From: an uncultured Actinomycetes bacterium
Lineage (GTDB): Bacteria > Actinomycetota > UBA4738 > JBBDTT01
Length of the DNA stretch: 64,000 nt
Direction: 5' to 3'
Assembly: GCA_963742735.1 (NCBI GenBank)
Contig: CAVUMN010000002.1
Location: 32,001 to 96,000 of the forward strand
In this document: positions 33,760 through 42,258 of the stretch, in pieces
Numbering within the stretch: the stretch's first letter is position 1
Layout: each line of letters begins with the position of its first letter
Notes under the pieces: generated by a model
The model's input: the letters and a program-made list of their open reading frames with translations, nothing else
What the model was told of the DNA's origin: nothing
The model's database searches: none
Made by a program: the position numbers and the translations under genes

Positions 33760-33853
33760 CTGCTCTCCGACCCAAACGGCCAACCGGACGCCTGTCTCTA
33801 CCCCCCAGAGCGACAAAACATGCGCAGAAAGGAGCAAACTCTCCTACGGGGGG

Positions 33854-34711
33854 TCAGGCGCCGGGGAGGAAGTCCCGGATCGCGTCGGCGAGCTCCTTGG
33901 GTTTGTCTTCGGATACGAAGGTCCGGGCGCCGTCGATCAGGATCACCTTCGAGTTCGGGATGATCTTGGCCAGCGCGTGGGCGTGGGCCTCGGGGAAGAG
34001 CTTCTCGCCCTTCGCCCACACCAGCAGCGCGGGCTTGTCGAAGGTCTTCAGGCGTTCCGCGGCCTCGATCGTGTAGCGCTTGCTGATGCCCCGCAGGAGC
34101 TTGCCGGCGTCACGACGGATCAGTCGGTCGGACAGACCGGGGCGGACCCACTCGTCGAGGACCTCGTCGGGGATGGGGTCCTTCGTCAGGGCGCCGAAGG
34201 CGATGGGCAGCCGCCGAGCCGCGCGGGGCCGCTGGGTCTGGCCGGTGAGCCACAGCGCGCCGGGGATCCTCGCCAGCACCTGCAGGTACTTGAACCGAGG
34301 GGGCAGGAAGTTGTCGAAGGCGTCGCAGGGGGTCAGGACCAGCCGGCCCAGGCGCTCGGGGTGCCGCGTCGCGACGACCTGGCTGATCGCGCCGCCGGTG
34401 TCGTTGCCCACCAGCGTCACGTCTCGCAGGTCGAGCTCCTCGAGCAGCTGCGCCACGAGCTTCGCCAGGCCGCGGATAGACAGGTCCGCGTCGGGGCGCA
34501 TCGGGGCCGGGTGGGAGCCCATCGGGAGGTCGGGGCTGATGCACCGGGCCGAGCCCGCGAGCAGCGGCACGACCTTGCGCCACAGCAGCGCGTTGACCAG
34601 CGCCCCGTGGACGAACACGACCGGGGGGCCCTCGCCCCGCTCCCAGACCCGGATCGGGCCCTGGTCGACGTGGACCTCGCGCGAGGTCCCCAGCGCGTCC
34701 CACAGCGGCAT
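33854..34711 (-). CDS. Alpha/beta hydrolase (epoxide hydrolase/dehalogenase-like)
   Basis: FVHG, PDLPMGSH, GNDTGG; leaderless TAGGCT-6nt-ATG. Confidence 0.9.
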   Translation of the reverse strand: MPLWDALGTSREVHVDQGPIRVWERGEGPPVVFVHGALVNALLWRKVVPLLAGSARCISPDLPMGSHPAPMRPDADLSIRGLAKLVAQLLEELDLRDVTLVGNDTGGAISQVVATRHPERLGRLVLTPCDAFDNFLPPRFKYLQVLARIPGALWLTGQTQRPRAARRLPIAFGALTKDPIPDEVLDEWVRPGLSDRLIRRDAGKLLRGISKRYTIEAAERLKTFDKPALLVWAKGEKLFPEAHAHALAKIIPNSKVILIDGARTFVSEDKPKELADAIRDFLPGA

Positions 34712-34747
34712 CCCGTTAGCCTAGAGCCACGGCCCGAACGGGGCACG

Positions 34748-34796
34748 AAACGGCGGAGGTCTCGAGCTGCGCCCCTGAGCCCGAGACCTTCCGCCG
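34748..34796 (-). terminator. Long GC-rich hairpin with short U-tract
   Basis: CGGCGGA(A)GGTCTCG...CGAGACCTCCGCCG followed by TTT on the minus strand. Confidence 0.6.
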
Positions 34797-34890
34797 ACCC
34801 GATCGTCCCACTCGCGAACCGAAAAGTAGCGTCGGGCGTTCGATGGACGGCTTCCGTTCCCCCAGATGTCCCACAGCGCAACCGAAACGG

Positions 34891-35469
34891 CTACGGGACC
34901 GAGCGGAGCCTCCCGCGCAGGACCAGGCCCGCGACCAGGCCGAGCACCGCCGCGCCCACGGCCACGGCCGGCCCGGACGCCCCGGAGGTGGTGGCCGCCG
35001 CGGGCACGGCGTCCTCGACGGTCTCGACGGCGTCCTCCACGGTCTCCTCGACGATCTCGGGGATCGCCTGCGGGTCGGCCGCCGCGCCCTCGACGCTCGG
35101 GGCCGCGACGTCGCCCACGACGACCGCCCCGATCATTCCGAGGTGGTAGTGGCAGAAGTACGGGTACACGCCCGTCTCGTCGAAGCGGATGGCGGCGGAG
35201 TCGCCGTCGGCGAGCTCGCTGCCCCACTCACCGCCCAGTCCGGTGACGGTGTGCGCGGTCCCCGACAGGTTCGTGAACGTCACCGTCTGGCCCGGCAACG
35301 CATGGATCAGGTTCGGCGAGAAGCAGCCCGAGTCCATCCCGACCTCGGTGCCGGCCATGGAGACCAGCGGCTCGTAACACGACCCGCCCGCCGAGGCGGG
35401 GGCCGCGAACAACAGTGAGGCGCCGAGGGCGAGCGCCATCGTGGCGAGCAACGCGATGCGTCGTGACAT
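34891..35469 (-). CDS. Exported plastocyanin/azurin-family cupredoxin with C-terminal membrane anchor
   Basis: Signal peptide, AHTV and YPYFCHYHLGMIG type-1 Cu ligands (H,C,H,M), C-terminal TM plus basic tail. Confidence 0.9.
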   Translation of the reverse strand: MSRRIALLATMALALGASLLFAAPASAGGSCYEPLVSMAGTEVGMDSGCFSPNLIHALPGQTVTFTNLSGTAHTVTGLGGEWGSELADGDSAAIRFDETGVYPYFCHYHLGMIGAVVVGDVAAPSVEGAAADPQAIPEIVEETVEDAVETVEDAVPAAATTSGASGPAVAVGAAVLGLVAGLVLRGRLRSVP

Positions 35470-35503
35470 GTGGAACCTCCCTTTCCGTCCCGGTCACCTG
35501 TCG

Positions 35504-35529
35504 TACAACCGGCGGAGGCGGGAGGTTCC
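35504..35529 (-). promoter_or_regulatory. ECF-sigma promoter GGAACC-N14-GTTGTA
   Basis: Same motif and spacing as upstream of the ECF sigma gene (38849-38874). Confidence 0.75.
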
Positions 35530-35545
35530 CTTCGGCCCCGCTAGC

Positions 35546-37423
35546 TCACGGGATGCAGCGAACCGCGTCCTGCTCGCCGCAGCCGACCTCGGGCCCCAGC
35601 TTGACCCCGTTGAGCGGCACGACCGGCAGGGTGATCTTCGATGCCTGGGCGCCGCCGAGGAACAGGGTGTTCAGCGAGGGCAGCCGCTGCGGCGCGTACG
35701 CGTAGTAGCTGTCGGTGAGCGGCGGGGCCATGACCTTGACCAGGATCCGGTGGCCGGGACGGAACACGTGGCCGACCGGCCAGATCTCGATCAGGTACTC
35801 GTAGGTCGCGCCGGGCGTGAGGTTGGTCGGGGTCGTGTGCGGGCGGTACGGCCGGTAGAGGACCCTCTCCTTGCCCCGGACGAACCAGTCCGACAGCCCG
35901 GGGTCGATCGAGTTGTGGCTGGCCTTGAGGATCCCCCGGTTCAGGTACGAGTGGCTGCCGTCGGGGGCCTCGTCGATGAGCTGGACGAACAGGTCGGTGT
36001 CGATTGCCGTCGCCGCCACGTACAGGGTGGCGGTGATCGGTCCGGCGATGGCCAGGTTCCCCTTCACCGGCTCGCTGCGGAAGTTCAGCTCGTCGGGGCC
36101 CTCGGGCGTCGTGATCTCCGAGCCGCCCGTCTCGCCGGTCTCCCAGAACCACGACTGCCGGCCGGGCCCGGAGAACCAGTCCGCGGAGCCCTCGGCCACG
36201 TCGGCCTTTCGGGTGGTCAGGCCGCCGTCGGCGCGCAGCAGGTAGTCGGTCCAGCGGGTGGTCTCGAGCGGGAACGTGCGCGCGTCCAGGATGCCGTTCG
36301 GCGTCGCGCCGTGCTCGGCGTGATGGGTCTCGAAGTAGACCCGAACGCTGGTCTTGTCCTGCGCCAGGCGGCCGTGGCCCTTGTTGACGCCGCGCATCCA
36401 GTGGTCCATCCACGGGACGCGCTCCTGGGTCATGACGTACTCGCTCTGGTTCGTGCCGTGGTCGCCGTTCGTGATGACCAGCCGCTTGGGGACGCCCTTG
36501 ACCGCCTCCCACAGGTGGGTCGGGCCGCGGGGACCGGTCTGCTCGTCCTGGTACGCGCCGGTGATGTGGATCGGGACGTTGATGCGCTCGACGTAGTTGA
36601 TCAGCGAGCGCGCGCGGTACCAGTCGTTGTCGGTCTGGCCGGCCAGCCCCTGGATCACCGGGTCGTTGATGACGGTCCGGCGGTGGGTGGCGATGTTCGC
36701 CAGGCACCGGGCGCGGTCCTCGTCGTCGGAGATCAGCGGCTGCGCGGTGGCGCCGGCGACGTCGTAGGCGGGGCGGACGCCGAGGGTCCACGTGACGGGG
36801 AACCCGACGTCGCTCACGCCGCCGGGGTAGGTGATCGCGCGGTACAGGTCGTCGATGAGGCCGGAGACCGTCACCGCGCTCAGGTGGGGCGGGCGGGTGG
36901 TGGCCACCATGAACCCGGTGATCCCGGAGTAGGAGTGGCCCATGATCCCGACCTTGCCGTTCGACCAGCCCTGCTGCGCGATCCACTCGATGACCTCGCG
37001 GCCGTCCATGGCCGAGCGGTAGGAGAACAGGTCGAATTCGCCGCCCGAGCAGCCGGTGCCGCGGACCGAGGCGTGCACGGTCGCGTAGTTCGCGTAGAAC
37101 CACTTGGTGAGCTGGCGGCTGCCCTCGGCGAGGCCGGCGGCGTCCGGGACGCCCTCCTCGTACAGGTACCCGAGATACGTCTTGTCGTTGTTCGAGGCGC
37201 CGTCGTAGCCGCTCATCTCGAAGATCGTGGGGACCTTCGTGCCGGCCTTGTAGCCGACGGGCATGCGGACGTTGATGGCGATCTCGATGCCGTCGGACAT
37301 GACGACGAAGTCGGTCGGCCCGACGGGGGGCGGGGGGACCTCGGCCGAGGCCGTGGGAGCGCTCGCCACCAGGGTGGCGCCCACCAACGCGACGAGGAGG
37401 AAGACGGAACGGAATCTGGGCAT
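35546..37423 (-). CDS. Secreted CocE/NonD-family hydrolase
   Basis: MSDG.EIA, RGTGCSGG, WSNGKVGIMGHSYSG, C-terminal PepX-like domain. Confidence 0.9.
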   Translation of the reverse strand: MPRFRSVFLLVALVGATLVASAPTASAEVPPPPVGPTDFVVMSDGIEIAINVRMPVGYKAGTKVPTIFEMSGYDGASNNDKTYLGYLYEEGVPDAAGLAEGSRQLTKWFYANYATVHASVRGTGCSGGEFDLFSYRSAMDGREVIEWIAQQGWSNGKVGIMGHSYSGITGFMVATTRPPHLSAVTVSGLIDDLYRAITYPGGVSDVGFPVTWTLGVRPAYDVAGATAQPLISDDEDRARCLANIATHRRTVINDPVIQGLAGQTDNDWYRARSLINYVERINVPIHITGAYQDEQTGPRGPTHLWEAVKGVPKRLVITNGDHGTNQSEYVMTQERVPWMDHWMRGVNKGHGRLAQDKTSVRVYFETHHAEHGATPNGILDARTFPLETTRWTDYLLRADGGLTTRKADVAEGSADWFSGPGRQSWFWETGETGGSEITTPEGPDELNFRSEPVKGNLAIAGPITATLYVAATAIDTDLFVQLIDEAPDGSHSYLNRGILKASHNSIDPGLSDWFVRGKERVLYRPYRPHTTPTNLTPGATYEYLIEIWPVGHVFRPGHRILVKVMAPPLTDSYYAYAPQRLPSLNTLFLGGAQASKITLPVVPLNGVKLGPEVGCGEQDAVRCIP

Positions 37424-37476
37424 GGTCGATTTGGTCATGCCTAGGTATTCGCCCCGAGGGCTTCGATTTCCTGTGC

Positions 37477-38277
37477 TCAGCGAAGCGAGCGAGCGATCTC
37501 CAGGGCCCGTTCGAGGGTGACCTCACCCTCCAGGCGGAACGTGATCCCGTCGTGCTCCCACAGCAGGGTGGGCCCGGCAAGTCGGAGCGTGTCCTGCACC
37601 GGAACGCCCTCGGGGTCGAGGTAGATGAGCACGTGGTCCTCGCCGCCCAGCCAGAAGCCCGGCTCGCCGTCGATCGTGACGGGCTGGACCGTCCCGCCCT
37701 CGCCGATCTGCTTGCGGATGTTCGGCTCGTCGATCGACCCCCGGAACTGGGCGAGCAGCAGCCGGTAGCCCGTGTGCTCGCTGACGGGCTCGCCCGTGTA
37801 GCCGAAGGTGACGCGGCCGCCGGGGAGACGCTCGTCGAAGAACACCTCGCCGGGCGGGCCGAGCTCCGCGGGGATGCGGATCTCGAACCCGGCGCGGCCG
37901 CGGGCCTCGGCCAGGGTGACGTGCTCGCCCAGGAGCAGGTCGATCGGGCTGCGCGCGGGGGTGGGGATGGTGGGCAGGGTGGGGACGGTCTCGATCTTCA
38001 CGCCGCGCAGGCCGAGCCAGCGGGCGACGGCCTCGCGGGCGGCGGGGGAGAAGGTGAGGATCCCGCTGGCCAGGATGACCAGGGACAGGGTCGCGGCGAC
38101 GGCCACCCGGCGCGGCATCCGCCACCAGGGAGCGCGGGCGGGCGCGGGGCGGGTCTGCGCGCGCAGGCGATCGCCGACGGCGGTGGCCAGGGCGGGCGTC
38201 GCGGGGTACTCGATCTGCCGCGCCAGGGCGCGGAGCTCCCGGTCGAGGACGTCGTCGGGCCAGCGCGTCTCAGGCAT
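37477..38277 (-). CDS. Putative membrane anti-sigma factor
   Basis: Overlaps the ECF sigma stop; single TM; extracytoplasmic C-terminus (TLLWEHDGITFRLEG). Confidence 0.75.
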   Translation of the reverse strand: MPETRWPDDVLDRELRALARQIEYPATPALATAVGDRLRAQTRPAPARAPWWRMPRRVAVAATLSLVILASGILTFSPAAREAVARWLGLRGVKIETVPTLPTIPTPARSPIDLLLGEHVTLAEARGRAGFEIRIPAELGPPGEVFFDERLPGGRVTFGYTGEPVSEHTGYRLLLAQFRGSIDEPNIRKQIGEGGTVQPVTIDGEPGFWLGGEDHVLIYLDPEGVPVQDTLRLAGPTLLWEHDGITFRLEGEVTLERALEIARSLR

Positions 38278-38845
38278 CGTCCGCCTCCATGCGTTCGCGC
38301 AGCTTGGCCAGCGCCCGGGAGAGGCGGGACTTCACGGTCCCCTTGGCCACGCCCATGACCTCGGCGGTCTCGGCCTCGGTCAGCTCCAGGAAGTAGCGAC
38401 AGGCCACGACGTCGCGGTCTCGCTCGGGGAGGTCTCGAAGGGCGGCCAGCAGAACCCGGCGAGGCTCCCCCGCCAGGACCGCCGCCTCGGGGGATGGGAC
38501 CGCATCCTCCGGGCGGCGATCCATGGCGAGGCGCAGCTCCAGCCCGGTCCGGCGGCCCGCGGCCTTGCGGCGGTTGCGGGCCTCGTTCGCCACGATGCGC
38601 AGGATCCACGGCTTGAACGGCGCGCCCGGACGGAACCGGCCCAGGGCGTAGTACGCCTTGACGAACGCCGTCTGCGCGGCGTCGTCGGCCTCGGCCGCTC
38701 CGGCGATCAGCGTCGCCGTGCGGTGCGCGATGCCCTGGTATCTCCTCACGAGCTCCTCGTAGGCGCTCACCTCGCCGAGCCTCGCGCGCTCGACGAGCTC
38801 CGATTCGTCCAGTGGTCGGCCCTCCACGGACTCGTTCTCGGTCAT
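38270..38845 (-). CDS. ECF-subfamily RNA polymerase sigma factor
   Basis: AYEELVRRY, ADDAAQTAFVKAY, F.PW..RI..N, GTVKSRLSRA. Confidence 0.95.
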   Translation of the reverse strand: MTENESVEGRPLDESELVERARLGEVSAYEELVRRYQGIAHRTATLIAGAAEADDAAQTAFVKAYYALGRFRPGAPFKPWILRIVANEARNRRKAAGRRTGLELRLAMDRRPEDAVPSPEAAVLAGEPRRVLLAALRDLPERDRDVVACRYFLELTEAETAEVMGVAKGTVKSRLSRALAKLRERMEADDA

Positions 38846-38848
38846 GGG

Positions 38849-38874
38849 TACAACCGGCGGGCGCGCACGGTTCC
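38849..38874 (-). promoter_or_regulatory. Putative autoregulatory ECF promoter GGAACC-N14-GTTGTA (leaderless)
   Basis: Ends 3 nt before the sigma ATG; duplicated upstream of the cupredoxin. Confidence 0.75.
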
Positions 38875-38876
38875 GG

Positions 38877-39485
38877 CTACGGCCTCGGATGGGCGCCGTG
38901 CGCGCCCGGCTCGTACTCGATGAGCTCGAAGACGCCGGGGTAGTCGACGACGAGGTCGCCGGCCACCCAGATGTCGCGGGTGAAGCCGTCGGGGATCGAG
39001 GAGTACCGCCACCGCACGGCGTCGAACTCCCCGACGGGCGTCGTGACGGAGCCCGGGCCGAGGCGCTCGTAGCGCTGGCGGACGCCCCGAGGTTCGCAGG
39101 TGTACGGGTCGAACCACGCCACCTGGATCTCGGCGGAGGTGTCGCCGAGGCGGTTCACCGTGACCGCGTTGAAGCAGGGGGAGAGGTAGTCGAGCTCGAC
39201 CTCCGGGCCCCAGTCGAGGTCCAGCTCCTCGTCGTCCAGGTGGCCACTGAGACGGTCGCCGTGGGGCGCCATCTGCAGGAGGTGCTCGGCGGTGTCGATA
39301 CGCAGCCGGTGGGGCCGCCAGTCCGAGTCGACGGTCAGGTCGACGGTCTCGCGATGCGGGACGGGCTCGCTGGTCTCGATCTCGGAGAAGTACCGCCAGC
39401 CGGCCGGCCCCGGCGCGCACCGGAACCGCTCGGTCCCGCGAGGGTTCCCCTCGCCGTCCATCACTCGATACATCCCGGCCGGCAC
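38877..39485 (-). CDS. Putative glycolipid-binding domain protein
   Basis: SP.FNAV...RL, QRYERL, GDLVVDYPGVF; leaderless TAGCAT-6nt-GTG. Confidence 0.75.
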   Translation of the reverse strand: MPAGMYRVMDGEGNPRGTERFRCAPGPAGWRYFSEIETSEPVPHRETVDLTVDSDWRPHRLRIDTAEHLLQMAPHGDRLSGHLDDEELDLDWGPEVELDYLSPCFNAVTVNRLGDTSAEIQVAWFDPYTCEPRGVRQRYERLGPGSVTTPVGEFDAVRWRYSSIPDGFTRDIWVAGDLVVDYPGVFELIEYEPGAHGAHPRP

Positions 39486-39535
39486 GGACGGATGCTAGGT
39501 CAGCGGCGGAGGAACAGGCTCAGCGGTTCCTTGGG

Positions 39536-39937
39536 CTAGGTGCGGCCGGCGACCAGGGCGTGGTTCAACCGCCGCAGCTGCCGCAGCTCGGCGAGCTTCA
39601 GGATCAGCCACGCGCCGCCGACGCCCGCGGCCCAGTTGCGCCACGTGCCGTCCTCGAGGGTCTTCGTGACCTTCTTCGCCCACTGGTCGGGCAGGACGTT
39701 GATCACCTGGTTGATCGGCTGCTTCGCGAACTTCTTCGCCGCCCGCTTCTTCCGGGTCCGGCGCACCGCGAACATGACCGCGGTTCCGGCGACGCCGCCG
39801 CCGACGGCCACGCCGACCGCCCGCTTGCCCCACACCGCGGGCCGCGGCATGCGGTCCTCGAGCTCGCGGAGGTCGTCCTCGAGCCGGTCCCGGGTCTCCT
39901 CGATCTCCGTCACCGTTTCAGCTGCGCTCGCGCCCAT
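39536..39937 (-). CDS. DUF3618-like protein
   Basis: EIEETRDRL..DL.EL..R followed by a hydrophobic segment; typical partner of actinobacterial holin-family genes. Confidence 0.7.
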   Translation of the reverse strand: MGASAAETVTEIEETRDRLEDDLRELEDRMPRPAVWGKRAVGVAVGGGVAGTAVMFAVRRTRKKRAAKKFAKQPINQVINVLPDQWAKKVTKTLEDGTWRNWAAGVGGAWLILKLAELRQLRRLNHALVAGRT

Positions 39938-40317
39938 TGCACGTCCTCCTTTACCGTCCGGATCGTCTCCTCCGGCTTGATCGACGGGACCTTCATGGCC
40001 CGCTTCGCGTACAGCGCCGCGAACGTCGCGAGCAGGATGAACGCCCCGGCGACGATCAGGTACGCGAGCCACGGGGCGACGACCTTCGCCAGCGCCGCCG
40101 CCGCCGCCATGCCGAGGAAGCCGACGATGAACAGCCCGAGCACGCCGGCCGCGGCGTAGGCCGCTCCCGCCTTCAGCCGGGCCGTCAGGCCCTCCATCAG
40201 CTCCTGCTTGAAGAGCTCCAGCTCCTTGCGGAACAGCGTGCCGGTGTCGCCGGCGATGTCCTTCAGCAGCGTCGGGGTGGAACGCGCGGGCGAAGCGTCC
40301 TTTGCGCTGGTTGCCAT
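39910..40317 (-). CDS. Actinobacterial holin superfamily III (YqjE-like) membrane protein
   Basis: L.KD.....TL.RKELEL.K.E, two TMs, PEETIRTVKEDVQWA. Confidence 0.85.
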   Translation of the reverse strand: MATSAKDASPARSTPTLLKDIAGDTGTLFRKELELFKQELMEGLTARLKAGAAYAAAGVLGLFIVGFLGMAAAAALAKVVAPWLAYLIVAGAFILLATFAALYAKRAMKVPSIKPEETIRTVKEDVQWARAQLKR

Positions 40318-40373
40318 ACGGACTGTGTTCCCCGCCCAACGGCCGGGTACACACGACTGCGGAGGTGTCTGTC

Positions 40374-40952
40374 ATGCGCAAACTCATCGTGGCGAACATG
40401 GTCTCGCTGGACGGCTTCGTCGCCGGGCCGGGGGACGACCCCGCGGCGCTGCCGATGGACGGCTCGTTCGACGCCTACAACGCCGAGCGCCTCCGGAAGG
40501 CCGACACGTTCCTTCTCGGCCGGTGCACCTACGAGATGTTCAAGGGGTTCTGGCCCTCGGTGGCCGATGACCCCGAGGCCCCGGACGCCCACCGGGAGTT
40601 CTCGAAGCTCGAGAACGACGTCGAGAAGATCGTCGTCTCCGACACCCTCACGGACGAGGAGACCGACCCGTGGCGCGACACCACCCGCATCGTCTCCCGG
40701 GCCGACGCCCACCACGCGATCGAGGAGCTGAAGGCCGGCAAGGGCCGGCAGATCCTGGTGACCGGCAGCCACGTCCTGTGGAACGACCTGCTGGCCCGCG
40801 GCCTGGTCGACGAGCTCCACCTGATGATCGGCCCGGTGGTGCTGGGCGAGGGCACGCCGGCCTTCACGTCGCCGCCGCCGCCGCTTCGGACGATCGGCGT
40901 GCGCCGGATGCCGGACTCGGAGAACCTGCTGGTGCGCTACGGGATGGCGTAG
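40374..40952 (+). CDS. Dihydrofolate reductase/RibD C-terminal family protein
   Basis: MRKLI....VSLDGFV, LLGR.TY, GLVDELHL.I.PVVLG.G. Confidence 0.9.
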   Translation: MRKLIVANMVSLDGFVAGPGDDPAALPMDGSFDAYNAERLRKADTFLLGRCTYEMFKGFWPSVADDPEAPDAHREFSKLENDVEKIVVSDTLTDEETDPWRDTTRIVSRADAHHAIEELKAGKGRQILVTGSHVLWNDLLARGLVDELHLMIGPVVLGEGTPAFTSPPPPLRTIGVRRMPDSENLLVRYGMA

Positions 40953-40955
40953 CGC

Positions 40956-42116
40956 CTAGCCGACGGGCCCGATCATGCGGCCGGCGACCATCAGGGCGAT
41001 CGGCACGAAGAACAGCACGCCCACGAACAGGTAGAGCCGCCGGTTCGACCCGATCACCCAGTCGTCCAGGCCGATCACGGCCCGCCGCAGCGGCGAGTAC
41101 GCGAACGCGAGCAGGAGCAGGGTGACGATGGCCACCCCGATCGCCTCGGCCAGGACGACCTGCACGCCGGAGGACTTCCCCAGCAGCATCGCCGCGACCA
41201 GCGTGTCGGCGAGGGTGGTGATGTTCGCCCCGGCGATGTAGGGGAGCGCCTCCCGCCGGTTGAGGTAGCCCTTGCTGGCCAGGGGGACCAGGACGGTCAG
41301 TGCCACCGCCACCGAGAGCGTGAGCAGCGCCGCGACGCAGCCGAGGAAGAACATCGGCCAGGGCTTCTTCAGCCAGTGCTCGTGGGTGGTGTGGTGCTGC
41401 TCGGGGTCGAGCTCGGGCAGGACCCGGTCCAGGAGCTTGAACGAGACGAGGATCACGCCGAGGCCGACCGGGAACAGCAGCCCGAGCGGCAGGTTGTCGG
41501 AGGCCAGGTTCACCGCCCAGCCCCAGCCGCCGTCGATCAGGCTCTGGAGCTCGCTCGAGGCCGTCCAGTGGACGCCGTCGAGCAGGCCCAATCGCAGGAT
41601 CCCGTAGCCGAGCATCATCCCCGGCAGGTACTGCACCGCCGTCATCGACAGCGCCAGCACGCCCATCCCCAGCGAGGTCTTCCGGTCCTTGCTGCGGACG
41701 TAGTAGATGAACCCGATCAGCAGGACGATGAAGGACGCCCCCAGGCGCGAGCCCGAGAGCATGGTGAATGTCTGCAGGGGCGTGATCCCGCCCGCGGAGT
41801 GGAACGACAGCGCGGTGGCGGCGATCGGGGAGCCGGAGAGGACGATGTACGCGCCGATCCACCCCAGCCCCAGCGTGGAGATCCCGTTGTCGAAGAACCC
41901 CGAGTCCCGCAGCAGCGGGGCCAGGGCGCCGGCCCCCTTCTTCATCAGCTGGATGGCCAGGATGAACAGGAACATCGCCGGCAGGAAGTGGGCCAGCTTC
42001 GAGAGCACGACCTTCCAGTGCGGCAGGCCGTTGCGCTTGGGCTGGGGAACGAGGTCGTCGCCGCTGTCGTCGGTGCCCGCAGTGCCTTCGGGGTTCATGG
42101 GGAGTTCGACGGCCAC
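40956..42116 (-). CDS. Na+/Pi cotransporter-like membrane protein
   Basis: Multi-TM; LF..AI.LM..G, GSRLGAS and GANITT repeat halves. Confidence 0.7.
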   Translation of the reverse strand: MAVELPMNPEGTAGTDDSGDDLVPQPKRNGLPHWKVVLSKLAHFLPAMFLFILAIQLMKKGAGALAPLLRDSGFFDNGISTLGLGWIGAYIVLSGSPIAATALSFHSAGGITPLQTFTMLSGSRLGASFIVLLIGFIYYVRSKDRKTSLGMGVLALSMTAVQYLPGMMLGYGILRLGLLDGVHWTASSELQSLIDGGWGWAVNLASDNLPLGLLFPVGLGVILVSFKLLDRVLPELDPEQHHTTHEHWLKKPWPMFFLGCVAALLTLSVAVALTVLVPLASKGYLNRREALPYIAGANITTLADTLVAAMLLGKSSGVQVVLAEAIGVAIVTLLLLAFAYSPLRRAVIGLDDWVIGSNRRLYLFVGVLFFVPIALMVAGRMIGPVG

Positions 42117-42258
42117 GGCAGGTTCGGTATCGGAGCTCAGAGGGTGATCCTTCGGGGTCGGGGGGAAGGGTGGGCGGTAGGATATCGGCCCCCCTGGAGG
42201 GCGACAACGTCGGCGGGCGGCCGTCGGGCCCCCGGGATCCCAGGACCCGAGGTGACGC

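Noticed and set aside
39536-40317. Holin-family gene as a prophage sign
   Set aside because: The holin superfamily III/DUF3618 pair is a common chromosomal actinobacterial module; no phage genes nearby
42120-42258. Possible T-box leader for leuS
   Set aside because: The leader after the TAGGAT -10 is short, and no T-box or specifier motif is recognisable
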